64,000 nt of DNA from Octopus sinensis (taxonomy: Eukaryota): the NCBI RefSeq assembly GCF_006345805.1, contig NC_043009.1, positions 58,218,001 through 58,282,000 on the forward strand, written 5' to 3'. How positions within the stretch are numbered: position 1 is the first letter of the stretch; each line of letters starts with the position of its first letter. The notes under the pieces were generated by a model, which ran no database searches, had not been told where the DNA came from, and was given only the letters and a program-made list of their open reading frames with translations. The position numbers were made by a program, and so were the translations under genes. Shown here one piece after another: positions 12,718-25,599 of the stretch.

Positions 12718-12855
12718 AAAGGCGCATGACTCAGTAATTAGAGCGTCGGGCTCACAATCATGAGGTAGTGAGTTTGATACTCAGATCAGGCTGTATGTAG
12801 TGTTTTTGAGCAAGACACTGTATTTAATGTTGCTGCAGTTCATTCAGCTGTAATG
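12718..12855 (+). mobile_element. Old tRNA-headed SINE 5' part with CORE-like segment
   Basis: A-box-like tgactcagtaattagagc, B-box-like gagtttgatac, then ttgagcaagacactgtattta. Confidence 0.6.
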
Positions 12856-13439
12856 TTTATCAAGATCTGGGCGGCGCGGTGTTTCCTGATTTCCAACAGA
12901 AGATTGGTTTGCAACCCAAGGAACTGAAGAAAGCATATACACAAACACGCAGACCACATCCAATCACCCACCCACACACACACGTACACACATGCACACG
13001 TGATTATAATTCTTTGTTTTCTTCTCGTTGTACACTGGTATAAATGATTTTGTTGGTTTCTGGTTGGCATCCCCATGTTTTCTGCATTAAAAGAGCCTGG
13101 CTAAGAGTCTATACGGATACGTGACAACGTCTGGACACTTTGGCACTATATTATGACACCTACCATCACGTCACAGTGGGTGTTTAAAGACTCAAGGGTT
13201 CATAAAACCGACTTCGAATCTTTCACTTACGCTATTAATTATATGTCTTTAGAAATGGATAGTTTATATTCATGTCCTGATCTTATCAACACAATTTGAT
13301 GCAGGAACTTCTAACGAAAGAAAGATTAAAATACTGATGTGATACCGGTAATTGAATATTGCTTCAGTGAGCATATGCTGATTGCAATGATTATGAAAGA
13401 AATGAATGTAGCAACCTGTATTAAATCGAGAAACTATCT

Positions 13440-14330
13440 CAATCTCGCCGTATCTGAGCAATTACTCGTTCTAACTATCAAAGAGTTGATATCTGTTCCT
13501 CCTGATTCTGTGTAGGTTGACGACAACGAATTACTCGCTTCAACCAAAACAAGAATCGCGATACTTTTAAAATTACCACAACTGCTCACTTATAAAGAAT
13601 CCGCTACGTCATACTTAGCGCTGCAGAAACGAGCGTTGACAGCAAATGGTGCGCTAGTTCAGAGGAAGCATTCCTTTTACGAAAAGCGGCAGACAGGACA
13701 TTCCACTCAGGTCAGACGGGAACTGAATGAAGCACAACTGCAGTAATAGAAGACGGTGGCCACGCAGGGGCCTATAATTTCCACCCAACTTTTCAAGGAG
13801 AATTTTCTCTCGGACCGATTCTGAACGAGACTCGCAATCATACGCGTTATCACATCCCAGCTCTTCTCCATCTAGAGATCTCAACCTAATCAGACACCTA
13901 AGATCGAGCTGTTGACCCACCGATTTTTCCGTGCAATTTTTAAAGTTGTGCTAATCTGATTTGTGGCCGATTCAATTACGTTAACGTGGTTTGCATATGT
14001 TGGTATATTAATTCCGCAACTTAGTTCGCTCAGAATGTGTTCAATATCTCTAGTTTCTGCTGCCGTGGCGCAAGCGTCAATACATACACAAAACGAGGGA
14101 GGATAATATTGACAAGTTGATGGCAAGAAATTGAGTGGTTTCGATAGGTAGCTTCTCTCTACCGTTCTCAATCGCAACCGATGTAGCCACGTCCAAGTCG
14201 GGAGTAGCATTTATGCAACTCGTTGGCTGCCATACACATATAGAATTGTCCCAAGTGTTTGTTTTTTTAGTTCTACAATCAAGATCTCTTTCCGGGAAAG
14301 GGAATTCCCCACGGAAAAATTAAAATAGCA
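13440..14330. other. SSR-free, GC-richer island with protein-like but broken reading frames (unidentified TE CDS or exon relic)
   Basis: Overlapping minus-strand ORFs 13890-14210 and 13654-13920, and a 76-codon plus-strand frame from 13516. No family recognised. Confidence 0.3.
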
Positions 14331-14493
14331 ACACTGCTCAACTACTCATTTGGAACTACAATGCTTCCATTCATTAAGATGCTGGTATACTCACCGTGTT
14401 TGTTATCAAGACCGATACAAATTTTTACAAGAATGTCTGTATGCGTGTTTACATGTTTGTTTTTGTATATATGCGTGTATGTGTGTGTGTGTC

Positions 14494-14527
<34 letters not shown>

Positions 14528-14537
14528 TGTATGTATG

Positions 14538-14571
<34 letters not shown>

Positions 14572-14876
14572 TGTATGCATGTATGTATGTATGTATGTAT
14601 GTATGTATGTATGTATGTACGTGTGCTTGTATGAGTGTGCGTACATTGACATATCATGACATCATGAGAGAAATATAGCAACATTTTCTAAGGAAATATT
14701 TAAAGAAAAATAATTTGAAATATATTAACTCATTTGACATTATATGTAACATAATATTTTGTTATTTACTGTACTGAAATCACGGAGATGTACTTGCATA
14801 GCAAGTGACCTGATCTGAGATCGTGTGCTGGAACGAAAACAAAAACCCTTAGATTCACTTCAACATTTAAATTTAA

Positions 14877-14927
14877 TTTGTCAAAATACTTTCGTCGCTT
14901 TGAGACCGCGACCTGTTCACTGACAAA
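14877..14927 (-). ncRNA. Minimal type I hammerhead-like motif with G3-C8 swapped core
   Basis: Minus strand: UUUGUCA-GUGAACA-G-GUCGC(GGUCUCAAA)GCGAC-GAAA-GUAUUU-UGACAAA. 7-bp stem I, 5-bp stem II, quasi-palindromic stem III. Confidence 0.65.
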
Positions 14928-15987
14928 ATTCCGTGATGTAAATATAAACGACCCAGATTTGTTTTCTATGAAGGCATATTCGTTTCTTTCTTTATTTTTT
15001 AATTCTATTTCTCTTGATAAGTTATATTTCGCACAAGAAATGGATTTCTTTTCCTATCCAGTTATGGTATCTGAAGGAGATAGTCGCTGAGTATTAATAA
15101 CAGAATCCATGAAATCAATGTGTAAGTGACGTATTTCAAATTTTGGCCAATTAACGGAACAAATTCTTATGTTACTTTTGTTGAATTTTACCCTCTATCG
15201 CTATCGGTTAATTATTCCCTGCGAGAAGAGACTGAATAAAGTTTATATTAACGTCCTGTCAGGACGAGCCGTCTGTAAAAGAGGGAAACTGTAGAGTCAG
15301 CAACTGGTTTCCACATATGGAATAACGACAGTTCTGTTCATGCGTGGAAACAGTGATGCCTAGCGGTAATTCCACACATCCGCATAGTGAAAGATGCAAT
15401 ATATGCTATGATAATAAGAGATAATAAAATGTCGCCATGGTTTGGAGGTCAATGAAACAATTAATATGATTTTTTTATCAATTCTTTGCCCGTCATAACT
15501 TTGGCAATTCTCAACACTACGATGTATCATAACGCCATATATAATGTTAAGAGCTTGCCATAAGAGTCTTAAATAAAGTCATTGTGCAGGACTTGAAACA
15601 CTTTTGCTCCTTACATAAAACTGGTCCTTAACAAAGCAGTATTCCACGCGGTGTGGTCCAGTGATGGTCGATGTTTGAAATTGGAATTTATTGCTTAACA
15701 TGTCAAATCGTATTTGTTTCCCAGAATGAAATCTCCTTAACGAAAGGGGTATTTCTGAGGATTTGAATTGAATCCCGAGTATAAATGCCTCCTCTTATTT
15801 TGTAAATCCAGCACTAAAAGTCGTATCAATGATATGTAAGACATTTTTCAACCAGTGATGTTAGAGTCACAACATAAACGCAGTTTATGTTGCGTAGTAC
15901 CATAATTACGGACTTATTTAAACAATTCTGCCCAATAGCGAACCACTTTCATCTGATCCGCAATAGCATCTTTTCATATATATATAT

Positions 15988-16063
<76 letters not shown>

Positions 16064-16079
16064 ATATCGTTATCCAGTA

Positions 16080-16250
16080 CACACATTTTTTTCTCTCCTT
16101 GTTTCTCTCCTTGTTTTTTCTTTGTACCTTTCTGTAGAAGAGCGTAGGCTAGAAACGCAAAAGAATTTTTCTATTCCTGAGCGCTATACTAATACATCTG
16201 TTTGTTTTGTACACCACCTGTTTTCGCATTTTGTGTTTTCGTAAACTTTC
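16080..16250 (+). mobile_element. Short repeat carrying a decayed hammerhead motif (16128-16163)
   Basis: cttt-ctgtaga-a-gagc(gtag)gcta-gaaa-cgca-aaag. Same geometry as the 19772 motif but with core substitutions. Confidence 0.55.
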
Positions 16251-16563
16251 GCTATATACATATATACATACATAGCATTCCAATTAAGAAGTATGAAACC
16301 CACAGAATTGTCTCCCCTTATTCACAGGAACTGGATAACTCCTACCCCATTTTCTGTTATGACATATGAACATCCAATCTTCTCGAACAAAACACTTCAC
16401 TAAAACACATCCTAATCCTTCAAAGAAGTTTTTCCATGGAATAATATTGAGCTTTATAGCTTAAAGACGCTATGATTTATTGGTATACTTATTTATTAAT
16501 TTTTGTATGTATTTATTATTTTTCTGGAAAAAGACATTATAAATTTTCCCCCCTTCCTCATCA

Positions 16564-16776
16564 TACACGAAGGTGTGGGCTTTATTGTATTGCGAAAGAC
16601 GTGGTTAGAGGGACAGCCTTCCGGGCTGTGTTACAGGCCTTAGAAAACAACAGAAGGACCGATGAAATAAGTGTGAGAATCTAAGAGGCGAATACGTTCA
16701 ATAAAGTCATAATTAGCTAATCCCCCTGTGTTGTCTTTTACTAAAAGTCAGCAACATTTCTGTACAGGCTCGCGTA
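16564..16776 (+). mobile_element. Mariner-derived MITE-like deletion derivative
   Basis: TA at both ends and TIR-like termini. The interior resembles a mariner transposase C-terminus/3' end (ttagagggacagccttcc...gtgtgagaatctaagaggcgaatacgttcaataa). Confidence 0.55.
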
Positions 16777-17607
16777 TATGTATACATGTATATATGTATG
16801 TATGTATACATGCATACATACACACATATACGTATATCTACATATACATAATTACGAAACGAAATCGTGTGTTTAAGAAACGTGTACCCACACAACTCTT
16901 TGTGTACCTTTCAGAAGATCGTAAATTTCTTATCATTTCCTATACTAAGGGGTCAAGAGATTGCTGACGTTTCGGGAGAAAACATTCGTCTGGGACAGAA
17001 AGACCAATATTTCATACATAAAAAAGCCAAAAAAAAAATTAACAGGAAAAAAGAAGCAATTTATGAGCTTCATTAAACAATTTTTGGCCAATGCAGACGA
17101 CTGCCACAATATTCTTCGTACATTGTCCGTATCTTTATATTTGTTATTCGTGATTTATAGACGTGTGAATACATTTTACATCTATAGACCATTTTGTACG
17201 GTACCTTGGCAGACTTTTCGAAATTAGTGTCCAGTTTTCTACAGCAAATATTCCAAAGAACAAAAAAGAATATATAAGAAAAAATAAAACACTAATGCCA
17301 AAAAGTATATACATATATATCTCCAGATATTTTATTGGAATATAAAACCATTTCTTAACTTGTCTTACCAATTCCACTGACTGACAATACAGTATCAGAG
17401 ATTCTCTTCTTTCTTAATGTTTCATATTTCTTTAGACCGTAAAAGTTGTGGTAATAAACATTTACGCCATAAACGTGGAAGTAGCTGAAATTTTTTCTTC
17501 TGCAACTTGCAATCAAATCAAATCTCGGCTTTCGTCACACATACAGACACCTACCCTTGCGGATACGCGTAAAAACTAATACTACACGCATATTCGCACC
17601 CACACTT

Positions 17608-17637
<30 letters not shown>

Positions 17638-17639
<2 letters not shown>

Positions 17640-17948
17640 CACCGTGATCACCGTGACCGACCAGGATATCAGATGTTTCTACACATCGCTGGTCACAATG
17701 CGCTTCGCATTGTTTTAGCCATTCAAATGACGCCACCCCGCTGGCTAAGCGAGCAGGCTAACAGAGGAGCGAGAGAAAGTTATGGCGAAAGAGTACAGCA
17801 GGGATCGCCACCATCCCCTGCCGGAGCCTCGTGGAGTTTTAGGTGTTTTCTCTCAATAAACACTCACAAGGCCTGGTCTGGGAATCGAAACCGCGATCCT
17901 CTGACCACGAGTCCGCTGCTTAACGACTGGGCCATTGCGCCTCCACAT
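17638..17948 (-). mobile_element. SINE family C full-length (tail type 1)
   Basis: The reverse complement starts gtggaggcgcaatggcccagtcgttaagcagcggactcgtggtc...cggtttcgattccc (A/B boxes). Confidence 0.92.
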
Positions 17949-17950
17949 AT

Positions 17951-18110
<160 letters not shown>

Positions 18111-18899
18111 CATGTATACATACGTATGTATGCATGTATATAAACAGAGTTAGCGGTTATAGTAACCGACTATACTCGCGTTTATGTATAGTCTGCATTC
18201 TGGTAATCTGATTAGAAACGGCTGTAAGATATGTTATGTCATGCTTTGTATTAATAAACAAGCTATAAATGTGGTCCAATCGATGTGTTGTTTAATCTAT
18301 GGTCTTCTCCATTTTCTAATTATATATACATATATACGTACATCTCTATCTATCTACTTATCTATCTATCTACTTATCTATCGATCTACTTATCTATCGA
18401 TCTATCTATCCGTCTCTCTATATATATTTATATGCCAATATATTCTGCTTTCCAGCCAAGATGCAGGGCGTGAAATACTATCTTCAGTGATCTGATGTAC
18501 ATGCGAAATATTCCTTCAGTATACCTTTTTAAATATAAATACATAAACTGTTAATCAAAGTAGTTCAGGTTTAGTGCAAGCGTACAAATCATCAGCGTGG
18601 AGAGTAGTCTGAAAACATGTTCGCTTGCACGTTCGTCTATAATCTATCAAACCGTTGTGATGTCAGATTGAAATTCAACGATTTATGAGGAAGTGCAAAC
18701 GATAAAATTCAATTTCGGCGAACGTCACTCGCATTTAGAATACTCGACCAGTGTCAGGAATTGAATTTTCGATACTATTTAGATACACATCACCATGTTT
18801 TCGTTTTTAAGGCAATGTGGTTAATAACAGGTAATATCAGATTGCGCTAGTTAAATAAATATTGAACTAGTGCACAATCCAGCAATCCATTCAGTATAT

Positions 18900-19300
18900 A
18901 TCTTTATATATAAAAGTAAGGTTGTGTGTATGTCTCCTACGATTTAGATTCCTAACTACTCCCACATTTTGCGGTGCAGTTTAACCAAAACCGGGTATCT
19001 TATAGACGTGATTCATATCGAGCCCTTCTGGGTATTAGCGCGCGTCTACGATGAGTCTACGATTTAAAAAAAATTACCACCATTTTTTTCCATTTTAATG
19101 CATTTTTTTCGCTATTATATAAGGGAAGTAACTCTCTAAAAATGTCTACCATGAGTCAACGATTTAAAAAAAAATTAACATAATTTTTTTTCCATTTTTG
19201 ATGCATTTTTTTTTTGCTATTTTTTGGCTATAACTCTCTAAAAATGCTTATATAGTTATTTCCCTTACAAACCCGAGCAACGCCGGGTAATACTGCTAGT
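18900..19300 (+). mobile_element. Helitron/Helentron-like non-autonomous element
   Basis: 5' atctttatatataaaag; 3' hairpin acccgagcaacgccgggt followed by gctagt; internal about 100-bp duplication. Shares its 3' end with 56032-56417. Confidence 0.75.
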
Positions 19301-19666
19301 GTAACAATATTAACACATACAATTTTGTCTGAAGCACTGCCGTGCAGTCACACCTGTAAAACATTACACATATTTTAAATTGCACTTCTTTAATGTATAT
19401 GTCCTATAAATTCCACACAGTCTTGGTTTTGTTGTTTCATTTTACTTAACTAACATTGACAGTAACAGTCCATCAGCTAGTCTCATATATATATACATAT
19501 ATATATGTGTGTGTGTGTGTGTTTGTGTGGAGTACTTTTTTGTTGAATTTTCAGAGCATTATATTATTGTTCGGAAAAAATGTTCGTTTTATATATTTTT
19601 TATTTTTATTTTCTCGTTTATTCTTCTGTCCACGTCTTTTTCATGTCCTGTACCCATACTTGCATG

Positions 19667-20012
<346 letters not shown>

Positions 20013-20215
20013 TATGCGTATGCAGTTATGTCTGCATCTGTGTGCGTGTGATAGCATGTGTGTTTTCCTGCGGCAGCTGTCATTGTTGTTCTCATTCTTG
20101 TTCTCGTTGTAAACATTGTCTATTAATTTTGTGCGCAAGTTCTTGTTGTTATTGTAGCTGTTTATAGCTGTTGATTTTTCCTGATATTATTTATATCCTC
20201 AACGCCGTTCCCATA

Positions 20216-20256
<41 letters not shown>

Positions 20257-20261
20257 CATAG

Positions 20262-20343
20262 ATCAATCACGTGGAAGAACTACGTACATGACACTCCGCT
20301 ACTGGGAAGATTACTACGGTCAAAGTTCACATTTCCACAATCT
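20262..20343 (+). CDS. Weak candidate internal exon (SITWKNYVHDTPLLGRLLRSKFTFPQS or DQSRGRTTYMTLRYWEDYYGQSSHFHN)
   Basis: (CT)n tract plus caccccatag acceptor, gtaagt donor, two open frames. No homology recognised. Confidence 0.25.
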
Positions 20344-21049
20344 GTAAGTCGACGTCTTACTGCCATATTTTTTTTTGGTATTGATTTCACTGTTTTGTTT
20401 CGCTTTTGTTGTTTTTATTCTGCTTATTGCATTTCTTCTTTCTATCAGCATTTCATATCATTGCTATTTTGTTGTGTGTTATTCCCCTTCATATCGTTGT
20501 ATGTTTAATTGTTTCTCGTAGAGTTGCTGTCATGCTCTTGCTTCTTTTGCTCAGCTTGCACAAGTCGTTTGTCGTCATTTATTTCTCGTATTGCAGTTCG
20601 AATGTTTCTATTGTTGTTCTTGTTATTGCCGATGTTACTGAACTTCTTGACGAGAGCACAGATAGTTTTCTTAATTTAGAAACTGGTTTAATCATTTTTT
20701 GTCCTCTTCGCCTTTTCTTTGTTATTTTAATTTTCCTTTTAGATCTCTCGTTTGGTTATTTTGTTAGTGCGTCGAACAAAATTCAATGATATATTTAGTC
20801 ATAGTTCTTTGCGTTCTATTTTCAAATATCACAAAATGTTGGCTTTGCTTGTCGTTCTTTGGCTTAGCATAATAACCTCGCAGTGAAGAACTGTGGTCAT
20901 TTGTACCGACCAACACCTCCACGCAAAATCGTTTAATCTTGGTCCTAACATCGCAGGTTCAAATCCCACAGAGAAATGCTTCGTTTTTCATCCATCCGAG
21001 GTCGATAAAATAAAAGTAACTGGAATCGATGAGATTGAAAAACCCTGTC

Positions 21050-21530
21050 ACCTCACAATCACCTTCATCATCATCATAATCATCATCGTCGTCGTCGTTG
21101 TCGTCGTCATCGTCGTCAACGTCATCGTCGTCCTATTCTCATTCCTCCTCCACCTCATCATCACCATCGTCGTTGTGATTAACCTCATATTCATCATCAT
21201 CGGCGTCGTTAGCATCATCATCATCATTATCATCACCTTCGTCATCATCATCATTATCATCGTCTTCATCGTCATCATCGTCGTCGTCGTCGTCATCAAC
21301 GTCATCATCGGCCTCGTCCTCGTCCTTTTCCTCCTCTTCCTCCAAATCATCATCACCATCGTCGTTGTCCTCGTCGTCAACCTAATAATCATCATCGTCA
21401 TCATAGTTGGCATCATCATCATCATCATGATCAACATTACCATCATTATCCTTATCGTCGTCGTCGTAGTCGCCATCATCCCCCTCCTCCTCCTCCTCAT
21501 CATCATCATCATCATCATCATCATCTGTAG
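21050..21530. repeat. Degenerate (CAT/CGT)n compound repeat with an internal duplication of about 175 bp
   Basis: Two similar blocks, each containing caccttc.tcatcatc...caacgtcatc...catcatcaccatcgtcgttgt. Confidence 0.85.
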
Positions 21531-21934
21531 TAATCTTTTTATTGCGCACCTTCACTAAATAGGTCTACGTGTCTCGCAATTCATTTTGATAAGATTGGTT
21601 TTATAAATCATTAAAACACGGAATTGGAACCAATCAATATTATAAACCTCATGCCATTTGTTGCATCAAAGCAAGTTGTTTAAATTTATAAACTGAAAAA
21701 GATTGACTACTTGTTTCGAAAGCAGTAAATCAGTATCATTTGAACGCATCACAATGAAATGGACGTAATTGATGTGTCTAGAGTATAAACTATATATATA
21801 TAATATATATATATATATACTGTTAGATATTGTGTGAGTAGTATTAACTATATTTTAAGAAGGTCCTTTTATAACTTATGTCATCTAAATTGAGCGAAGT
21901 GAAGGCTTTTACAAAAATAAATTTACAATGATTA

Positions 21935-23560
21935 CACTGGGGAGCATTTTAGAAAAAGCATTTTAGTTAGTCTTACCTAATTTGATGTTGGGTTCAGAAA
22001 TAACCCCAGAAATTTTCTATTAGTCAAGTTTTTTGTTAAACAGTAATTCATTTTATTACCAAAAAATGTTATTTTTGCCATTAAATGCGAGACTGAAATA
22101 AGAAACTTGCACAAACCAAATAGTACTGTTTTTTTTTTTTTTTAACAGATATATTACGCAAAATATTTAATTACACATCTCAGAATAGATATTTCTGTCA
22201 AATAGGAGTTAGAATTACTCAAGGAAATAACTTTCTCTTTGTTGCTTTATGTGAATAAATTGCATCATGACAGTCTCTTTGCAGTGTTCAGCTGTAGACA
22301 TCACCCTGTTGGTGTTCTACCGGCCTTCATATCTACTCCCCATTGCTTTAGGATTTTCAAAGAAGTACTCCAGATGACAGTGCACAAAATGCACATTTAC
22401 ACTCATGTTGCAGTTCATTGCTCGAAGATTGGTTAACATGCTCTGCACAAAGATCTTCAGAATTTGATGGCTTCCTGTTTCTCAGGAAATCAGATACAAC
22501 TGCAACAAAAGCATTCCATGCTTCTTTTTCAATACCAGACATGGTCTCCAAAAATAGCTCGTCCTGCAATAGTCACCTAATATGTGGCCCCTTAAACGCC
22601 CCAACATTATTTTTTATCACAAGACAAAGCTAGAAATTTACTGCTTAATTATTTAAATTATTTATAGCAGTCACTGTCTCAGTGTTTCAACACACGCTTT
22701 GCACACAATATGGGTTCCCCAAGCTTTGTCTTGTCGCCCAATTTCATGCTAAAGTAAGTAATCTGTGATTTTATTTCATTGCCTAATCCAGAAATAAGCT
22801 GAAGACACCGGGGCTTTTTTACATTCCCTTCTCTCACAACTAGCTATATTTCTGAAATACAAAACATGTTCAAGCCAGTTGTCAGCTGGGAAAGCATTTT
22901 CAGAATAGCCAACAGTCATAAAGTAAGCAAATGCAGATTGTGATGGCAAAATTCCATAAAGAGCATACATACCATGAAGTTCTTTTTACAGTTTTTTGAC
23001 ACATGTAACCTCCCAATCAAAACATTAAGGGCACATTCAAAATACAAATTATCATAAGAAAGAGTTAAAAGTTCAACAAAACATGTATCATCTAGTTTGC
23101 AATATTAGTCACAGTAAATTAAGAAAAGCGTGGGCATAACTGCAGATAAATTCCGCAATTATGAGACTATGGCATCAAGAGCCACCAAAATATATTGTTC
23201 CTTAATATCTAATTGTATAAAGGACATTTGTATCATCATCTGACATTTGAAGCTGGTTAGGTTGCAAATACTTAAAGTTGCTCATGATTTTTGTAGTTGT
23301 ATTTGTTTTAAATGACATTGAAAGACTATATTTTCAAAGTTATGTCAAGCTCCATACATGGGTTCGCGTTTTGTGAAATCAAAGCTATCCTTAGAAATGG
23401 TGACAACACCAGAAATGTTGAAAAGTGGACATCTGAGTTTGTGAAAAATCTTTACGTGATAGAGCAAAATGAATTTCATTTTTGAATTAAGCACCTCCGA
23501 ATTAGTAGGAAAAATGTCTCAATGGGGAACATCATACAACAAAAACTCTGTTCCCCAGTG
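21935..23560 (-). mobile_element. Chapaev3-like (CMC superfamily) DNA transposon, internally deleted
   Basis: TIRs cactggggagca / tgttccccagtg. Minus-strand translation: GPHIR*LLQDELFLETMSGIEKEAWNAFVAVVSDFL...MLTNLRAMNCNMSVNVHFVHCHLEYF...RYEGR. The usual GERFHQDI block is absent. Confidence 0.8.
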
Positions 23561-24864
23561 TTTTGTGTTTAAATAACTTTATTCGTGGCAGTTAACGTCT
23601 AAGTAACCTTTTGCTGTTTTCGTTAAAGGTATTTGCTTATGTAAATCAGAGTGAGTGATTTTGTTTCCTAAAGTATTTTTAAAGTATTCTATCCACTTCT
23701 AAACCTAATAATGTAATAATCTTAATAAAGGAATTTCGGAAATATAGGCTTAAAGGCTTGGTAACACATTAGAAAAAAATTTGGACAATCTGTGGAGTCA
23801 TTGAATTCCACATTAACCTACGAGCATTTGCTCAAAAATACGAAAAGCAACAATAAGGCCGTATTAGGTCACAAAATTGATCCTAGTTATATATATAATG
23901 TTTAATTTTATGTTTAATTCTTTACATCTATTTAAGAATATTTCTTGAAAGGCCTAATAATTGTAATAGAAGTAAATGAATAGCTTTTATAACTAATCGC
24001 TTATACAACGATTAGCTATTTGTAAGGTATTTGTTATATAAATTATATAAGTTACGCGCAGCTGTTTCGGAAATAAATATTCTCGGAACTTCTGCTATTT
24101 ACGAGGCCTTTTAGAGGATTTATCAAACAGCTAAGCTAATTATAGAGCACTTAACTGAGAAAGGATCTGACAATTATTACAAGAAAAGATGAAGCACCCA
24201 CTATATCCTTAGGGAACTGTAGTGACTTGAATAGTACACCATTTTCTCACAATTAAAAGAAGCATCGTCGTTTGTTGAATAGGTCGAGTAAATCATATGA
24301 ATGCTTCTTATAATAACACAATGATCACCAATGAAAAAGGAATTACTTTCAGTGGTCTGATTTTTACCATATTTCAAAATTCTCAAGTTGTTCCGATAGG
24401 GGTTACTGCACAATTTTCTACTTACAGATTAGACATTTGTCTTGGACATTTCCATAGCTGTTTCCATAAGAGGGTTCTGATTAACGGCTTAATTTACTGT
24501 ATATGATAGTTTGCCAGCAGGCTGCTGGATGTAAAGACAAAGGACAATCCTGTTATCAATGTGCAACGAAAACATTTGCATTGATAACAGTCATGACGAT
24601 TTATAAGTTTACAGTTTGTCAAGAAATGTGAGACAAACCGTTAGAACATTATACAGAAATGAAGGAAAAAATAACAAACACAAAATAAAACTCCCGAACA
24701 AAATCAAAACTTTAAAAAAAGATGGAAGTCACGTTAAAGAAGACCCGAACTTACAAACGGTCTCGGTTGCATAATTTTATCAATATTTACTGAGAGCAGT
24801 TCTCATTTTTTTTCATAGATTACATTATTGTTAGCAGCAACAGCAGTAGTTCAGTGAGATGGCA

Positions 24865-25320
24865 GAATAGCCAGAGCATCGGTCAAAATGCTTAGTGTCT
24901 TTTATTCCAGCTGTTTACATTCTGATTTCATATTTTGCCAATGTCGACTTCATCATTCATCCTTTCAGAATCGATAAATTAAAGTGTGAATCAAGTACTG
25001 GGACCCTTACAATTGACTTGCCCTTTCACTTCAGATCTGTTGTCGTGCCAAACTTTGAAATAACACTTATTTCTTTATGTAGAAAATACAAATATGGTAT
25101 TTCTCTTATAGATATGGAAGTGACAGAATCGTTTGTGTATTGGACAAATTGCTTAGCAGCATTTCGTCCAGCTCTTTACATTCTGAGTTCAAATAACGTC
25201 GATGTTAAAACTGCCATTCATCATTTCGGTGTTGATAAAATAGAGTGCAGCCACGTACTAAGGATATTCTAGTAATCGACGAACGCCCTTCAACAGAAAT
25301 CACTGGTCTTGTCCTAAAAT
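24865..25320 (+). mobile_element. Two degenerate SINE family B copies
   Basis: atgcttag..tt.ttccagct.tttacattctga and ttcatcctttc..aatcgataaatt motifs, twice. Confidence 0.7.
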
Positions 25321-25599
25321 CGAAAATGATTATTTAGAGCTGAATTAGCAAGTAAAAACAACAAATCACCTTCGAGATTCAAGTACGTATATTATGTTTA
25401 CAGATAAGTTCACCTGTAATCAAATCACAGCAGGAAAAATTTTCAGCCATCAATTCATCGAGAGGAAAGTTCAAGGAGAAATTTTATCCATAATATCTCA
25501 TGTTCAAACTAGCTACCTTTGGCTTCTCACACCAACCCTATAATGTAATTCTAAAAAATAAACTATCACGCCGTCGAATTCCCAAAGCTATGAAATAAT

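Noticed and set aside
15062-15121. Segment with an excellent acceptor and a GTAAGT donor
   Set aside because: It has stops in all three frames; it could only be a non-coding exon, and nothing else supports it.
16965-17000. Minus-strand CAGACGA...GAAACGUC hammerhead-like string
   Set aside because: No stem II or stem I pairing could be drawn.
20406-20789. 127-aa hydrophobic ORF resembling a membrane protein
   Set aside because: It reflects a T-rich strand. The opposite strand looks like a decayed A-rich retroelement ORF, but I could not assign it.
21139-21345. Highly acidic D/E ORF resembling a biomineralisation protein
   Set aside because: It lies in a degenerate (GAT)n array with in-frame stops on both sides and no signal peptide or splice support.
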